Of a stretch of DNA of 64,000 nt, positions 14,320 to 27,209 are shown in pieces. Made by a program: the position numbers and the translations under genes. The notes under the pieces were generated by a model, which made no database searches, was not told where the DNA came from, and worked only from the letters and a program-made list of their open reading frames with translations. Source of the DNA: Eledone cirrhosa (Eukaryota); contig OZ024744.1 of NCBI GenBank assembly GCA_964016885.1, positions 61,876,001 through 61,940,000 on the forward strand, given 5' to 3'. The first letter of the stretch is position 1. Every line of letters begins with the position of its first letter.

Positions 14320-14816
14320 GATGACAGCTGCATAAAAAGGTGCAGAGCACTAGAAGTCAATGGAAACCGCGGAGTGGGGAGACCCAAGAAGACCTGGGAT
14401 GAGGTGATAAAAGCCGACCTTACCCAATTACACCTCTCAAAGGCAATGACACACGACCGTGATCTCTGGCGTCACGCAGTAATACAGAGTACCTGACCTC
14501 CCATGGGTACAAGCTGAAGCATATAGTCAATATGCCCCCACACTCCCCCACCGCTAGGTGGTCGTGGAGGTGCCATGGCAAAAAAGCACCCAGCCCACAC
14601 TGTAAAGTGGACGTGTAGGCGCCACGAAAAAGCACCCAGCACTCACTGTAAATGAGGTTGGTGTTAGGAAGGGCATCCAGCTGTAGAAATCAAGCCAAAT
14701 CAGTTCCTGTGTGAGCAAGGCATGGTCAGCCGACCAGACACTGCCACAACAGGACAACCCGTCTAACCCATGCTAGCGTGGAAGAACGGACGTAAAACGG
14801 TGATGATGATGATGAT
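14320..14816 (+). mobile_element. RTE 3' fragment inserted in (TA)n
   Basis: DDSCIKRCRALEVNGNRGVGRPKKTW plus 3'UTR and (GAT)n tail. Confidence 0.9.
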
Positions 14817-15261
14817 ATATATATATATTGGAAAAGTAAATAACAACAAGGAGTGCAGTTATGAAAGGTGTTAGGTATTAGGTTCATGCTATATATATAT
14901 ATATATAAATGAATGTGTATATATATATATATGTATATATATATACACACATACATATATATATATATGAAAGATGACAATAAAAAAGCACCCAATCCAG
15001 ATTGTAAATGTGGTTGCTGTTAGGAAGAGCATCCAGCTGTAGAAACCAAGCTGGATACAGCTCCATATGAGCAAGATACAGTCACCTGACCTGATATGTC
15101 TCACGTAATAACTTGTCTATCTCATGCTAGCCTGGAAAATAGATGTTAATGGTGATGGTGATATATATATCATACAGAACTGTTTATTGTTTGGTTTCTA
15201 CAGCTGGATCTTCAGCCTAATTGCAACCACATTACATAGTGAACTGAGTCATTTTTATTGT

Positions 15262-15580
15262 GGCGGCATATGGCTTAATGGTTAGAATGTTCAACTCACA
15301 TTCTTAAGGTCATGAGTTTAACACCTAGCAGTATGTTGTGCCTTTGAGCAAGGCACTATTTTATGTTGCACTAGTTCTCTCAGCTGGAAAAGATGAGTTG
15401 TATCTGTGATTTAAAGGGCCAGAATTGTCACACACTGTGTCACTCTGAAACTCCCTGATAATTATGTTAAGGCTAAACATATGTTGAATGCTCAGCTAAT
15501 TGCATGTTAATTTCACAAGCAGACTTTTCCATTGATCAAACAACTGTAACACTCCTTGTCTGGACAAATGGAGGTTTAAC
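15262..15580 (+). mobile_element. Second tRNA-head (CORE-like) SINE
   Basis: TGGCTTAATGGTTAG A box, degenerate B box and GTGCCTTTGAGCAAGGCACT core-like motif. Confidence 0.55.
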
Positions 15581-16439
15581 ACACTGCTGACAAGGGCTGG
15601 ACAGATCTTCACAGATCAAGTCAGTACTGAAGTAAGACTACTGACCTCACAGATGCACTGAGGGTCTGCATCTCGCTTATATATGGGTGCTCTTCCTATC
15701 ACCAACCCCTTTACAGGGTGTACTGGGTGCATTTTCCTAGCACCAGCACTGAAAAGCTTTTCAGTTATTGTCCCGACTGAAGAGCCTGCTCTGGAGGAGG
15801 AGGGAAGAGAGAGAGAAGGAAGATGTATGGCAGATGTGGTGAGATTTTGTGGGTGATGCATAGGGGTACTAGTCACAAATGTGTCAGAATTTTTAGAGGA
15901 TAGGTGGTTGTAATGATAATGATGAGAATGGGTTGGATGGGTGGGGTTTGTATGGTGATGGTGAGGATAGCCATTAGGAAGTGCTAGTAGTAAGGATAGC
16001 TACTGAGAAGTGACAGTAGAAGGGGGAATGGTTGAGGTGGAGTATACAGTGATGGTGAAGATAGCTGCTTAGCAGTGCTTAGTGGAAGGGTGAGACAGAG
16101 GGGGGTCAGATTACATTTATGAGAGAGAACAATTTATTTTTAGAACCACTGAGTGTTAGGAGTCTTTGAATTTGAAAGTTAGAAACATGAATATTGTTTG
16201 ACTAGGAAAATAATCTAAGTTGGATTAGAGTAGACCTTGGATTAAACAGCAAAAAACAATTAGATTTTTGTCATATTTAATTGAGTATGTCAGCAAGTTG
16301 AGAGTGTGATATGGTTTCACTCTCCAAATGCAACCACTTGGAAAAGCCATGAATATCATACTCACATTTTCAGACAGAAAGAGAAGGCAAGAATTTAATA
16401 CATCATCATCACTGTTTAACATCTTATTTTTTATGTTTG

Positions 16440-17240
16440 CATGGGTCAGACAGAGTGTCTACATTATGAGGGAAGTCTGGCCAGTTGGTCACACCATACC
16501 TTGTTAAAACAGAACCATATTTTGGCCAGGTTTTTTACAGCTGGATACCCTTCCTAACACCAACCACATTTACACTGGGTGGTCCCATTATGAGAAGGGT
16601 CTGGCCAGTTGGCTGTGCTGAACCTTGCACATAGTGAGACCTCTGTTTTGGTGGTTGTTTTTTATGGTTGTTGGAAGCCTTTCCTAACACCAACCACTTT
16701 TACAGTGTGGGATTGGGTGGTCCCACATATGATGCAAGTCTGGCCAGTTGGCGACGCCGTACTTTGCTCATACTGAACCACATTTCAGCTGGGTTTTTAC
16801 GGCTGCTGGATGTCCTTAACACCAACTATGTTTACAGTGTGATCCCATTATGTGGCCAGTTGGCCACACTGAATCTTGTACATAGTAGCACCTATGTTTT
16901 GGCTGGATCTTTTATAGTTTTTCTAACACCAATCACTTTTACTGTGTGGATTTGGGTGGTCACATTTATGAGACAAGTCTGGCTAGTTGGCTGCGCCATA
17001 CCTTGCTCATAGAGGGTCTGCATTAGGGAGCTGGGTGGACTCGTTAAGTGGAAGGTCTGGTCAGTTGGCCGTGATGAACCTTGCTCATAACAGCACTTGT
17101 ATTTTGGCTGGGCTTTACGGCTGCTGGATACCCTTCCTTACAGAAACCACATTATTACAGTGTGGGACTGGGTAGTCCTGATATGAGGAGGGTTTGGCCA
17201 GTTAGCAGTGCCAAACTTTGCACATAGCAAAACCTGTTTT
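16440..17240 (-). repeat. Degenerate tandem array (~7 units) built from the RTE 3'UTR module
   Basis: TGGCCAGTTGG-like motif near 16476, 16600, 16739, 16852, 16978, 17056 and 17193; most units carry CCTAACACCAAC. Confidence 0.7.
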
Positions 17241-17760
17241 TGTAAGAGGGTGAATGTGGAAAATAATGGGCAGGAAAGTTGTGGAAATAAGGGGCAGTAC
17301 AAAGCAGTGTCTGCAAAGAGCTAACTGGAAGGTGGAGGATAAGGGGAAGGTAGTATATAGGAGGAGCATGGGTGGGATGCAGAGATGATAGAGCTATATA
17401 GTTTGGTGCTGTTTAGTTGATGAGATGGCATTTAAAAACATTGAAATAAGAAGATGAAAAATATTGCAAAATACAGAGAACTGGGGGAAAACATGTTTTA
17501 AATAAATTGAGTGTGTATGTGACACATGTCATCTTTGAGATGCCAATGCAAAGAGCCATAGCAAAGGCTGGCCGTGGGAAACCTCTAAGCTCAGTTCACA
17601 GAAAGTTGGGCCTTACATCATGTGTCACATATTACTGACCTGACAACCCATGTGAGCAAAGAAAATGAATAAATATGATAATAATTTATGCCCGTCTGTG
17701 TGTCTGAAATTAATCGGAGATGTAGCCAACAGCAGATAAAAAGGGAGAAAAAAAACATAC

Positions 17761-17836
17761 CAGATTGTGGTTTAAATTCAGATTCTGCCAATGTCTTCTC
17801 TGAGTTTTGTGGAATAATATCACATGTATTTGATTC
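17761..17836 (-). CDS. CEP170: CEP170-like gene exon (phase 0-1, 76 nt)
   Basis: Reads ESNTCDIIPQNSEKTLAESEFKPQS. Acceptor gtcttttaAG, donor GTATGT. Bridges the phases of its neighbours. Confidence 0.7.
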
Positions 17837-18486
17837 CTTAAAAGACAAAATAAACAAAATTATTATCAGAATGTGTTGCTGTATATATATATATATATAT
17901 AGTTAATGATGTGATTATCTGACTTTGCTGACCTATCTAACCCATGCCATCATGAAAAACATAAAAACGAAGATTGTGATATCTCTCTCCCTCCCCCTCC
18001 CTCACTATATATACACACACACACACACATACACATACATAGACACACACACAGTTACATAACAGAGAGATGTCTACTGTTTTAAACTAATTTGATATTT
18101 TGCTACTTTGTTACTATATAACTGAAATGACCACAAAAGCCACAAAATCATTGTTATTTGTGACATATTCATTAAGCACAGTCATGCCTATGCTTATTGT
18201 AGAATTTCTTTTTAAAACACCACATATCTATCCAAGAAGTAAAATCTAATAATTCTAAATTAAAGAATTTGTTGATCTCTGAAAATCAAGGGAAATAATT
18301 CCTCAGATTCATAAGCTGTGCTCATAAAGGAAAGACATGGAAGAGGAACACTAAAAAAGACCTGAGCACCCGTAGTGCAAGTTGGTCTTTGGATACTAAA
18401 CCTCACAAAGGATATGATAAAGGAGAGAAACAAGTGAAGGCATGCAACCTTGGATATACGGTTAAAAACAATGATGGAGGTAGTTG

Positions 18487-18509
18487 TGATGGTGATAGTG
18501 ATGATGATG

Positions 18510-18541
<32 letters not shown>

Positions 18542-18554
18542 GATGATGATGATG
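18487..18554. repeat. (GAT)n microsatellite
   Basis: Seen directly in the sequence. Confidence 0.9.
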
Positions 18555-18839
18555 AAGGCAAGGCGTCTTACTGCTATTTTCAACTGATTCTGCTGTCAAC
18601 CACCCATTTACATGACTACATTATATTTAATATAGCCTAATAATTTATCAAAAAAATATCTAAAAACAGGTTTGTTAATTCAAATGTTTATACTAACTTT
18701 ATTAATTGTTGTGAACATTTCTGGTAAACTAAAGACTTCCATTTTTGATGTGATACAGTCATGGAGCTGTTTTGTACTTTTCAAGAATGTGGTTTCATGC
18801 AGTACAGATCATTTAAGAGTTAAGAAAATGCATACTTAC

Positions 18840-19576
18840 TGTTGAGTTTTCTTTTAAATTTTCTATTTCCTCCATTTGATCTACACCCACATCTGGAGAA
18901 CAATCATCAATATTATTATTCTTATTACTACTACCATTATTTAAATAAAATCTTGAATCCTCTAAAAATTTTTCAACATGATTCATTTCACTAGATTCTT
19001 TTCCTAAATTTGAAGTGTCCTGTTCTATGTGATTATTTAATTCAGAAATGATTATAGGCCTTTGTAAATTTTGGCCCACGCCAAACACATTATCAATTCT
19101 TTTCCTAGCCATTTCTTCTTCCTCTTTAGCTTCTTGGTCACCTTCAATAGTGTACGTCCCAGCTTCACTGAGTTTATCTTCTACTTCGTCGAGATCTTGG
19201 GTTTCGGGAGAGCTGTCTGTGCAAGGTGGTTTATCACTTGGGAATTCTGCAGTTTCGGAATATTTGTTTTCGACCGAATTCTTCTGATCATATGTTCTGA
19301 CTTCCAAATAAGGGTCTTGTTCTGTTGTTGGATCAAAGAATTTTGCAGATGACGTAGGAGCACCACTACCAGGACTGAGGCAATAATCTGAAGGAGGTGT
19401 TGATGCAGGGTTGACACTGGGTGAGCAACTACTGCCTTGAAACATCTTGTTGATAAGGAATGATGCAGCGCCAGAACATGTAGGTGGCGAAATCTCTTCA
19501 TTGTCATTCTGATGACTCACAGGCTTATAAGGTACAAAAGACGATGGAGAAACTTTGCTTTTCACATCCTTCTTTA
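18840..19576 (-). CDS. CEP170: CEP170-like gene exon (phase 1-0, 737 nt)
   Basis: Contains LSEAGTYTIEGD (CEP170 family S[D/E]AGTYTIE motif) and ARKRIDNVFGV. Poly-T-cAG acceptor, GTAAGT donor. Confidence 0.85.
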
Positions 19577-20076
19577 CTGAAAAAAAGAAAAGAAAAAAAC
19601 AATTGTTATCCTTTAAATGTTAGAATTAATTAATTTTTATTTTAGTTTGTGTTCATGTTACAGCAAAACTAAAATATAATCAGGCATTTTAAGTCGACTA
19701 AATCAGCTATACCTCTCTGTTCAACAAATTTGTAACTAAGATAATGATTTAACCCTTTATCAGTTACATTACTCTATATTTACTATTATATTTTCATGCT
19801 AAAAGCTTTATCTCACATAATATCAAATCTATAAGATTTTGATATTTATTTTGAGAACAATACCTTAACATCAGTATGAGCAGCCGGTTATAGCCGGTTT
19901 GAACAGAAAGAGGTGAGAAAACTCTGGCTGGATATGGCCGGTTTAAATGCTAAAGGGTTCAATAGATATATATTATGTATTCTAAGACATATATAGAATG
20001 TCCACATTTGTAAAATCGTATTGACCACTAATCAAGGTAGAACTCAATACATGTTCTAGTGTATAGTAGTTACAAA

Positions 20077-21475
20077 AATAATTGTTTCTACTTTTGGCAC
20101 ACAGCCTAAAGTTGATTAATTCAACCCCAAAGTGTAACTGGTACTTCTTTTTATCGACTTCTGGGATTTGAATTCAGAATGTAAAAGACCATAACTATTC
20201 TGCAAAGCATGTTATACAACGCTCTAACAAAACTGCCAATCCATGTACTTATTTGTCATAATAATTTAAGCACAAAGCTATCAAATTGTGGGGAGGGGAA
20301 CAGTTGGTTATATTGATTCCAGTGAATGACTGGTACCATATTTTAACTCTGGAAAGATGAAAGTTGACCTCAGTGAGATTTGAACTCAAAATGTAAAAGA
20401 ACATAACTTAATACAGAAGAGCATTTTGTTTGACAGTATCTAATGATACTGGCAACCAACCATAGTAACAATTGTTTCTACATTTGGCACAAGGCCAGCA
20501 ATTTTCAAGTGAAGGGGAAAGTCAATTACATGAATTTCAGTGAGTGACCGGTACTTTATTTTATTGAATCTGGAAGGTTAAACGGTAAAGTTGACCGTGG
20601 CGGGATTTGAACTGAGAACATCCATCCATATCCAGTTTTGAGCTTTAAGGTGCTGCGGTTGTTCTAGACTCCGAGGTAGGCAACACCAGAACAAATACAA
20701 CAATGTACTTTGTCCAATGCTCTAAAATATACTGCCAATAATGGTTTCTGATTTAGGCCAACAATTTTGAGGGGAGGGGAAAGTTGATTAAATTGACTCC
20801 AGTGTATTACTGGTTCTTTATCAACCCTGTAAGGATGAAAGGCAAAGCTAATCTCGGTGGGATTTGAACTCAAAACATAAAGGGCTGTAACTATGCCACT
20901 AAGCATGTTGATGGATACTACCAATAATTGTTTCTACTTTTGGCACAAGGCCAGCAATTACCCAGTGTATTACTGGTACTTTATTTTATCGACCCCGTAA
21001 GGATGAAAGGCAAAGTTAACCTCGGCAGGATTTGAACTCAGATCGTTAAGGGACGTAACTATGCTGGAAAGCATGGCATCCGACCCTCTACCGATACTGC
21101 CAATCCACCGCCTTTGGATACTACCAATAATAATTGTTTCTACTTTAGGTACAAGGCCAGCAATTAACCAGTGCATTACTGGTACTTTATTTTATCGACC
21201 CCGTAAAATAAAGTACCAGTAATGCACTGGGTAAGTTGCTGGCCTTGTAAAAAAGAGAATTGTTTCTAAGTTAGGTGCAAAGCCAGCAATTTTAGATGAA
21301 AGGAAAGTCAATTATATTGACCCCAGTACTTAACTGGTATTTTATTTTATGGACTCTGGAAAGGATGAAAGACTAAGATGGCATTGGTGGGATTTGAACA
21401 CAAAATGGAATGAATCATAACTGAAGGTCAGAAAGCACTCTATCCAATGTTCTGATGATACTGCCAACCAACAGC
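20077..21475 (-). repeat. Cluster of about 7 head-to-tail copies of the same SINE
   Basis: Repeated AATTGTTTCTAC...GGATTTGAACTCA modules. Confidence 0.8.
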
Positions 21476-21850
21476 CCTCAATAATAACAACAATAATATC
21501 AAATCACATTAAAATACAAGTAAAAATCAATTCTAGCACTATATTGATTTCTTTAGGCCAGTCTCTTTGGTAACACAATACTGTGTTGCTTTGGTCAACC
21601 AAACTGAAAATAGTCTCATTTCTGCTGCATAGCTGTGTGAATGGTATTCAGTTATTGATTGGTCAGAATGGAAAACAGCATAAGAAAGAAAAAAATTACT
21701 GCTTTGCTCTAAACCTGTGAAAGTCCTGCTAGCACAGAGAAGATAGTGGAATGAAATTCTGTTGATTTCAACAACTGTTCCAGTTCTTTGGTCAACAGAA
21801 CAGCCTGCTTGTAAAATTTATGTGCATTCCACAGACACATGTACACTTAA

Positions 21851-22985
21851 TCATCATCATCGTTTAATGTCTATTTTCCATGTTAGCATGGGTTAGACAG
21901 TTTCCTCCCATTAGAGGCAAGTTTGGTCAGGTGACCGTCTCTTACTTGTATAGAACTATTTCTGGTTGATTTTCTACAGCTGGAAACCCTTCCTAACACC
22001 AACCTAATTTACAGTGTGTGCTGGGTGCTTCTTGTGATTCCTACATAACCACTTTACAGTGTAGACTGGGTACTCTTTGTCGTGATGTAGCAAGCTACTT
22101 TCCTTTGGCGCATTGATATCCTTTCCATGCGTGCTTTGGCTAAGTTAAGCCAATTGTGATCCGCGCACGGATATGTATTTTCAACTTCCGCCCAAATGGA
22201 GAATTTCCTGCTTCTTTTAATAAATTCGATCTCTTGCAGCTTGACCTTGCTAAGGTAAACACCAATTCTTCTTTTGTCCCGCAAGCACAAACAATATGTA
22301 ACGACAAAACATTACTACGGGCTTGGCTAACACCTCAGCCAGTTGACCGTACCTTCTCTTACAATCTTAATTCGTTTGTTCATTTGTTTTGGCATGCCAG
22401 CTTAACCTTTGTTAATAAATTATGTAAAAACATGTTAAAGTCTTGTGATGCTATTTGCCACAGCCATTATCTATAAATGTGATATGGAAATATTCTTTCC
22501 AAAGTCACACCAACAATAGCTTGAGACTTACAGCAAATCTCAATTCAACTTACATGTATTGGTATAACAAACCATTCCTTTCCTATTACAAACAAATACA
22601 TTATTGTTACATATTCTGGTTACATATTACTTGCTGCTATCTTGGTGAACTCTGTTGATACATACATAATACAAACAATATTAAATATTATCATTCTCAT
22701 TAATATCCTTTAAAATGCTTCTAAAGTGCCACCTACATGACCACTTTACCGTGTGGGCTGGGTGCTTTTTGCCGTGTCTCCTACACAATGTTTTTTGTGA
22801 TACCAACATAACTTTACAGAGTAAGGGTGGCATGGGCAGAAGTAGGAGGGTGGTGTAGCAGTGTGGGGGGTGTAGTGGATTAAGAGGTGCCTACTGGGTG
22901 TATATTTGAGTCCATGCGCATGGGAAGGCGGGTCTTCTGTATTACTGCATAATGCCAAAGATCTCAATCTTGTCATTGTCTACTG
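21851..22985 (-). mobile_element. RTE 3' end interrupted by an unrelated insert (~22091-22725)
   Basis: (CAT)n tail and 3'UTR modules at 21851-22090, resuming at ~22727-22980. Confidence 0.7.
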
Positions 22986-23860
22986 GCCATATCCAGCCAG
23001 AATTCTCTCACCCTTTTCTGTTTAAACCGGCCATAACCGACTGCTGCTGCTCATACTTATGTTAAAGTATTGTTCTCAAAATAAATAATTAAATCTTGTA
23101 GATTTGATATTATGTGAGATAATTATGAGATAAAGTGTTTACTGTGAAAATACAATAGTTAATATAGAGTAATGTAAATGCTAAAGGGTTAACATTATTC
23201 TCAGGGAGATTAAATTTGACATGGTGCATGACAAAGTTGGACCTTTGAAGTGTAGGTACAGACCATCTTTTATAGTTCCAAGTGGTTGAACATTACACAA
23301 AACTCATGTAATCTTAGGGAAATTCAGTGTAATACAGTGTACATCAAGACTGGACATTTGACCTTAAATTAAGTGTATATAAAATGCATTTTATATACAG
23401 TAATCTTTTCTTAGTACTTAGTTCACATATAAGGTTTAGTAGATAAGTCACATGCTGGTTTTTCACATTGTATTTTTGTGGAAAAAGGTGTATGTGTGTA
23501 TGTGTGTGTGTGTGTATGCATGTATATATGTGTGCATGCATGCATGCATGAATGTATACACACATGCATACCACATGCACTATACAACTTGAAGTTCTGT
23601 GGATAAGTCACATGATGGTTTTTCACATTGTATTTTTGTGGAAAAATGTGACTTATATCCGAGTGTGTGTGTGTGTCTATGTATGCATGTATGTGTGTAC
23701 ATATGTACACACATACATACCACAAACACTATGCCTCTTGTCACATGATGATTTTTTCATGTATTTTTTCCATAGAAAGGGGTGATTTGTTATGCATGAG
23801 AATAAAAGGTGCATGAAAACATGAAATTTCTTTGGTGGACTTAACATTCTAAGAGCTAAC

Positions 23861-23978
23861 CTTTTGTTTGACTTTCTTCTTCACCTTCACTGGATTGACT
23901 AGCTTTTTGTGCTTTTGTTTTCCCCTTTTCTTCCAAAATTTCTCCATCTTTTCCTTGTTCAGGGGGAGAATCAGCTTC
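23861..23978 (-). CDS. CEP170: CEP170-like gene exon (phase 0-1, 118 nt), absent from the ORF track
   Basis: Reads EADSPPEQGKDGEILEEKGKTKAQKASQSSEGEEESQTK. Acceptor ttttaaacAG, donor GTTAGC. Needed to bridge phase 0 (26746) to phase 1 (19576). Confidence 0.75.
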
Positions 23979-24037
23979 CTGTTTAAAATAAACACAAAAT
24001 CATATGGATTGTCATTTTATTTGTTTGTTAATAATAT

Positions 24038-24070
24038 TACACTATGATCTTAGCCAAAAGGCCGAGAAGC
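24038..24070 (-). pseudogene. U2: 3'-truncated U2 snRNA retrocopy
   Basis: Minus strand GCTTCTCGGCCTTTTGGCTAAGATCATAGTGTA matches the U2 5' end. Flanked by 15-bp direct repeats at 24024-24038 and 24072-24086 (1 mismatch). Confidence 0.9.
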
Positions 24071-26745
24071 TTTTGTTAATTATATTGTTTTTGTTTTTTT
24101 TACAGTTCACACCCATATAGGTTTAGCCAGCTTCCCAAGAGTTTGCATCTCAGGTGAGGCTTCTCAGGTGTTTTAATCAGTTTATACCCCAATACTGCAA
24201 ATATTCGCAACAATATTTTCACTAGTAAAGATAGTATAAATATTTGAATATTTTCAGTTAAATCATTACAGGATATTGAGAGTTGATGATAGGAGCTACA
24301 ATTCTATCATGAAAAAACTCCCTCCTCTGCACGAGATGACAGTTCAATGCAGTGGATCAACTCCCAGCTGCTACTGCTGCTGATGGTGTTACTAATTTTT
24401 TGTTAGTAATACAACATAGAATGAATAATAGCCACCTAGTTATGGAGACACACTGAAGGGACTATTGATCACTGGTCAATGGCCATTCATCATGTTGAAG
24501 TGAAGAGAACAGAGAAGTTTTTGTATTTAGTAACAACTGATGAGATTGGGGAAGAATATGCAAATGTGTAGCCGAAAAGAAAGGAGCTAATTGTCAGATC
24601 AGACCAAGGAAACAATGTTTGAATTGGTCTTTTACATTGCTGATACTGTTATTTGCAACTCCCGGCAGAAGAGGGTGGGATTTGAGATCAGAATATACAC
24701 AGCTGGAACAGATACAACAAAACAACCCACCCAATTTTAACAATTCCACCAATCTGGACTGGTATTGACCTTGGCAGAACGAAAGGTAAAGTTGACATCA
24801 GTGGGATTTGAACTCAGAGCATAGAAAGCCAGAAAGAATACCAAATCATTTAATCTAATGACTGCCAATTTGATGGTGGGAGTGAGGGGTGGTTAAAATA
24901 GGAAGCAAAACAAGCAGTAAATAGGGTGAACTTCCTTTACAAGAGTCCTACTCACAAACATCATGGGTGGATGAGGGGATGGGGTATAGCAGAAGGATTC
25001 TAGAACAAGGTTAGCAAAAATCCTCTCACCAAACACTAGAAAGTTTGGGTGCAATTTCTGAGTGAGATAGACTTGCAGATTGCACAATGCAGAAGGCCTG
25101 GCTGTATTTTCACAATAAGAGAGGCTTTCAGTATATTTGGCAGAGATGATCGGTGACTTTCTGGTTATCACAGCTTCCTTTGACTCAAGACCACAGCTGA
25201 CAGTCTCAAATTGACAAATACTTTGTCTCAAAAATAGTCTCTTACAACAAGCTCAGATATTTATAAAAACCACCCTTCGGGTGGTTTTCTGCAAGCATAT
25301 GTAGTGTGTATATTGATATTATATGCAAGTATATATACATGTCGATATGATACATCAAATAAAATCGTAATTGACAATATACACAGAAATTGAACAATGA
25401 CTGTGTCTTATGTAATCAGTAACGTAATCCATGATACATTAAAAAAAAAAACGATATTATATATAAACTGCATTAGGAGAAAATTAGCGACAGAAATACA
25501 TGAATATTTATTTAAAATATGTTTAACCGGAAGTGTTGACATTTGAAAATTTTAAAGAAGTGAATCTTTAAATAAGTAATAAAATATATTTAATGAACAG
25601 CCACAAAATTTAGTAGATAAATTATGTAATATTCATTCATTATTTATTCAAAGTAATCCAACTTATTTTACTAAGGGGATAAAAAATAAGCCGTACGTAG
25701 TCCCATGTTTCTTACTTTATTATAGTTTAGATTTACAAGCAGACAGATGTATGTCTTTATAATTTTTAGATATTTTTAATATATTTCCTTGTATGTCTTT
25801 AATATATGTGTTTGCGTATATACATATTTATTTATTTACATGTGTAAGCAGCTGCGTATGTGTATTTAGTGTGTATGTATTTTAGATACGTTTGTGTGTA
25901 TGTATATTCATGTATTTGCGTGCACATGTGTAATTGCATAATACATATGTACATTCCATCCACCACTTTATCCTGCCAATCCCGCCAACCTTTTTACAAA
26001 CCTCCTACACACCCACCTTCACATTCATCACCTACTTCCCTCCCACTGACCAGTAAAATTATTAGGGCATCAGATAGAGTATTTTGTGTTATATATTCCA
26101 GTTTGCCATGATCTAAGTTCAAATCCTACCAAACTATGGGTACACAAGAGATGCAGTGGGATCTCAGGTAGGTTTAGGTAAGAAGTTAGGTTTTATATGT
26201 GGCTGTTGCACAGGAGCAACAAACACTCAGAAGAAACAAGTTCCATCAAATTCCTCTAACGTGGAAAAATGGATGTTAAACAGTGACAATCAAGAGATAA
26301 GAATCATGGATGGTATAGTATTTCCGTTCATTCTTTTCCTTTTACTAGTTTCAGTCATTAGTCGGCAGCCATGCACAAACATAAAGGATTGAGTCAGTCA
26401 TATCAACCTCAGTACATATTTATTCATATCTGTTACTTATTTTATCAATTTCTTTTTGTTGAACTTTTAAGTTACAGGATAAACAATAAATGTAATCATG
26501 GACACACACACACACATGACAGACCTCTGCAGAATTTCTATCTACCAAATTTCATTCCCCAAACTATTGATCAACCTAATGCTATAGAAGATACTTGCTT
26601 TAGGTACCATGCAGTAAAATTGAACCCGAAACCACATAGCTATGTAAAGAACTTCTTAACTAGTCTGTACATCATTTAAAATGTTATAAACTCCCCCCAC
26701 CCAACCCTTGCACGTGTGCACACACACAAAAAAAAATACTCTTAC

Positions 26746-27209
26746 CACAAATTTTGGTGCTGTACCATCTTTAGAAATCTGTTTCATTGCCTTTTCAGAT
26801 CGTTCTCGGAAACTCCGACGTATTTTGGATGGCATAAATTCACTTAAAGTATTCCATTTCCTTGGCTTCTGTTCACCAATTTCTACAGTAAAAGCAGTTC
26901 CACCTGCATCAGCAACTTTGTTGACTGGTTCTGTTTTCTCCACCGATAACTCCCTCTCTGATGAAGACTGTTTTTTCCCATGATCACTTGAAATTTCAAG
27001 TGATCCCTTTCGGCTGTCATGTGACCCCAGACTGTCTTTAGATATAGATGACGAAAGGCTTCCACGACAAGCAGTGATATTTTCCAGTTCAAAATCTCTG
27101 TGAGAAATCTCCATATATGTACAGGCGTATTTTGGGTCGTTTTTATATTTTTCTAGATTAAGGGAATTATCACTTTGAATACTGTACACTAAACTTGCAG
27201 GTTTCGTAG
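26746..27209 (-). CDS. CEP170: CEP170-like gene exon (phase 1-0, 464 nt)
   Basis: Open frame TKPASLVYSIQ...GGTAFTVEIGEQKPRKW...APKFV. Acceptor tcttacAG, donor GTAAGA. Phase matches the upstream exon. Confidence 0.8.

Noticed and set aside
14252-14387. N-terminus of the 600-aa ORF as a real start
   Set aside because: It derives from antisense RTE and (TA)n. A good acceptor at 14252 defines the true exon start.
18389-18640. Poly-Asp ORF
   Set aside because: (GAT)n microsatellite/LINE tail, antisense to the gene.
24893-25231. 112-aa minus-strand ORF as a host exon
   Set aside because: No recognisable motif or convincing splice-site pair, and the exon chain is phase-complete without it.
25266-25290. 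Rho-independent terminator
   Set aside because: Eukaryotic intron with no bacterial gene upstream.
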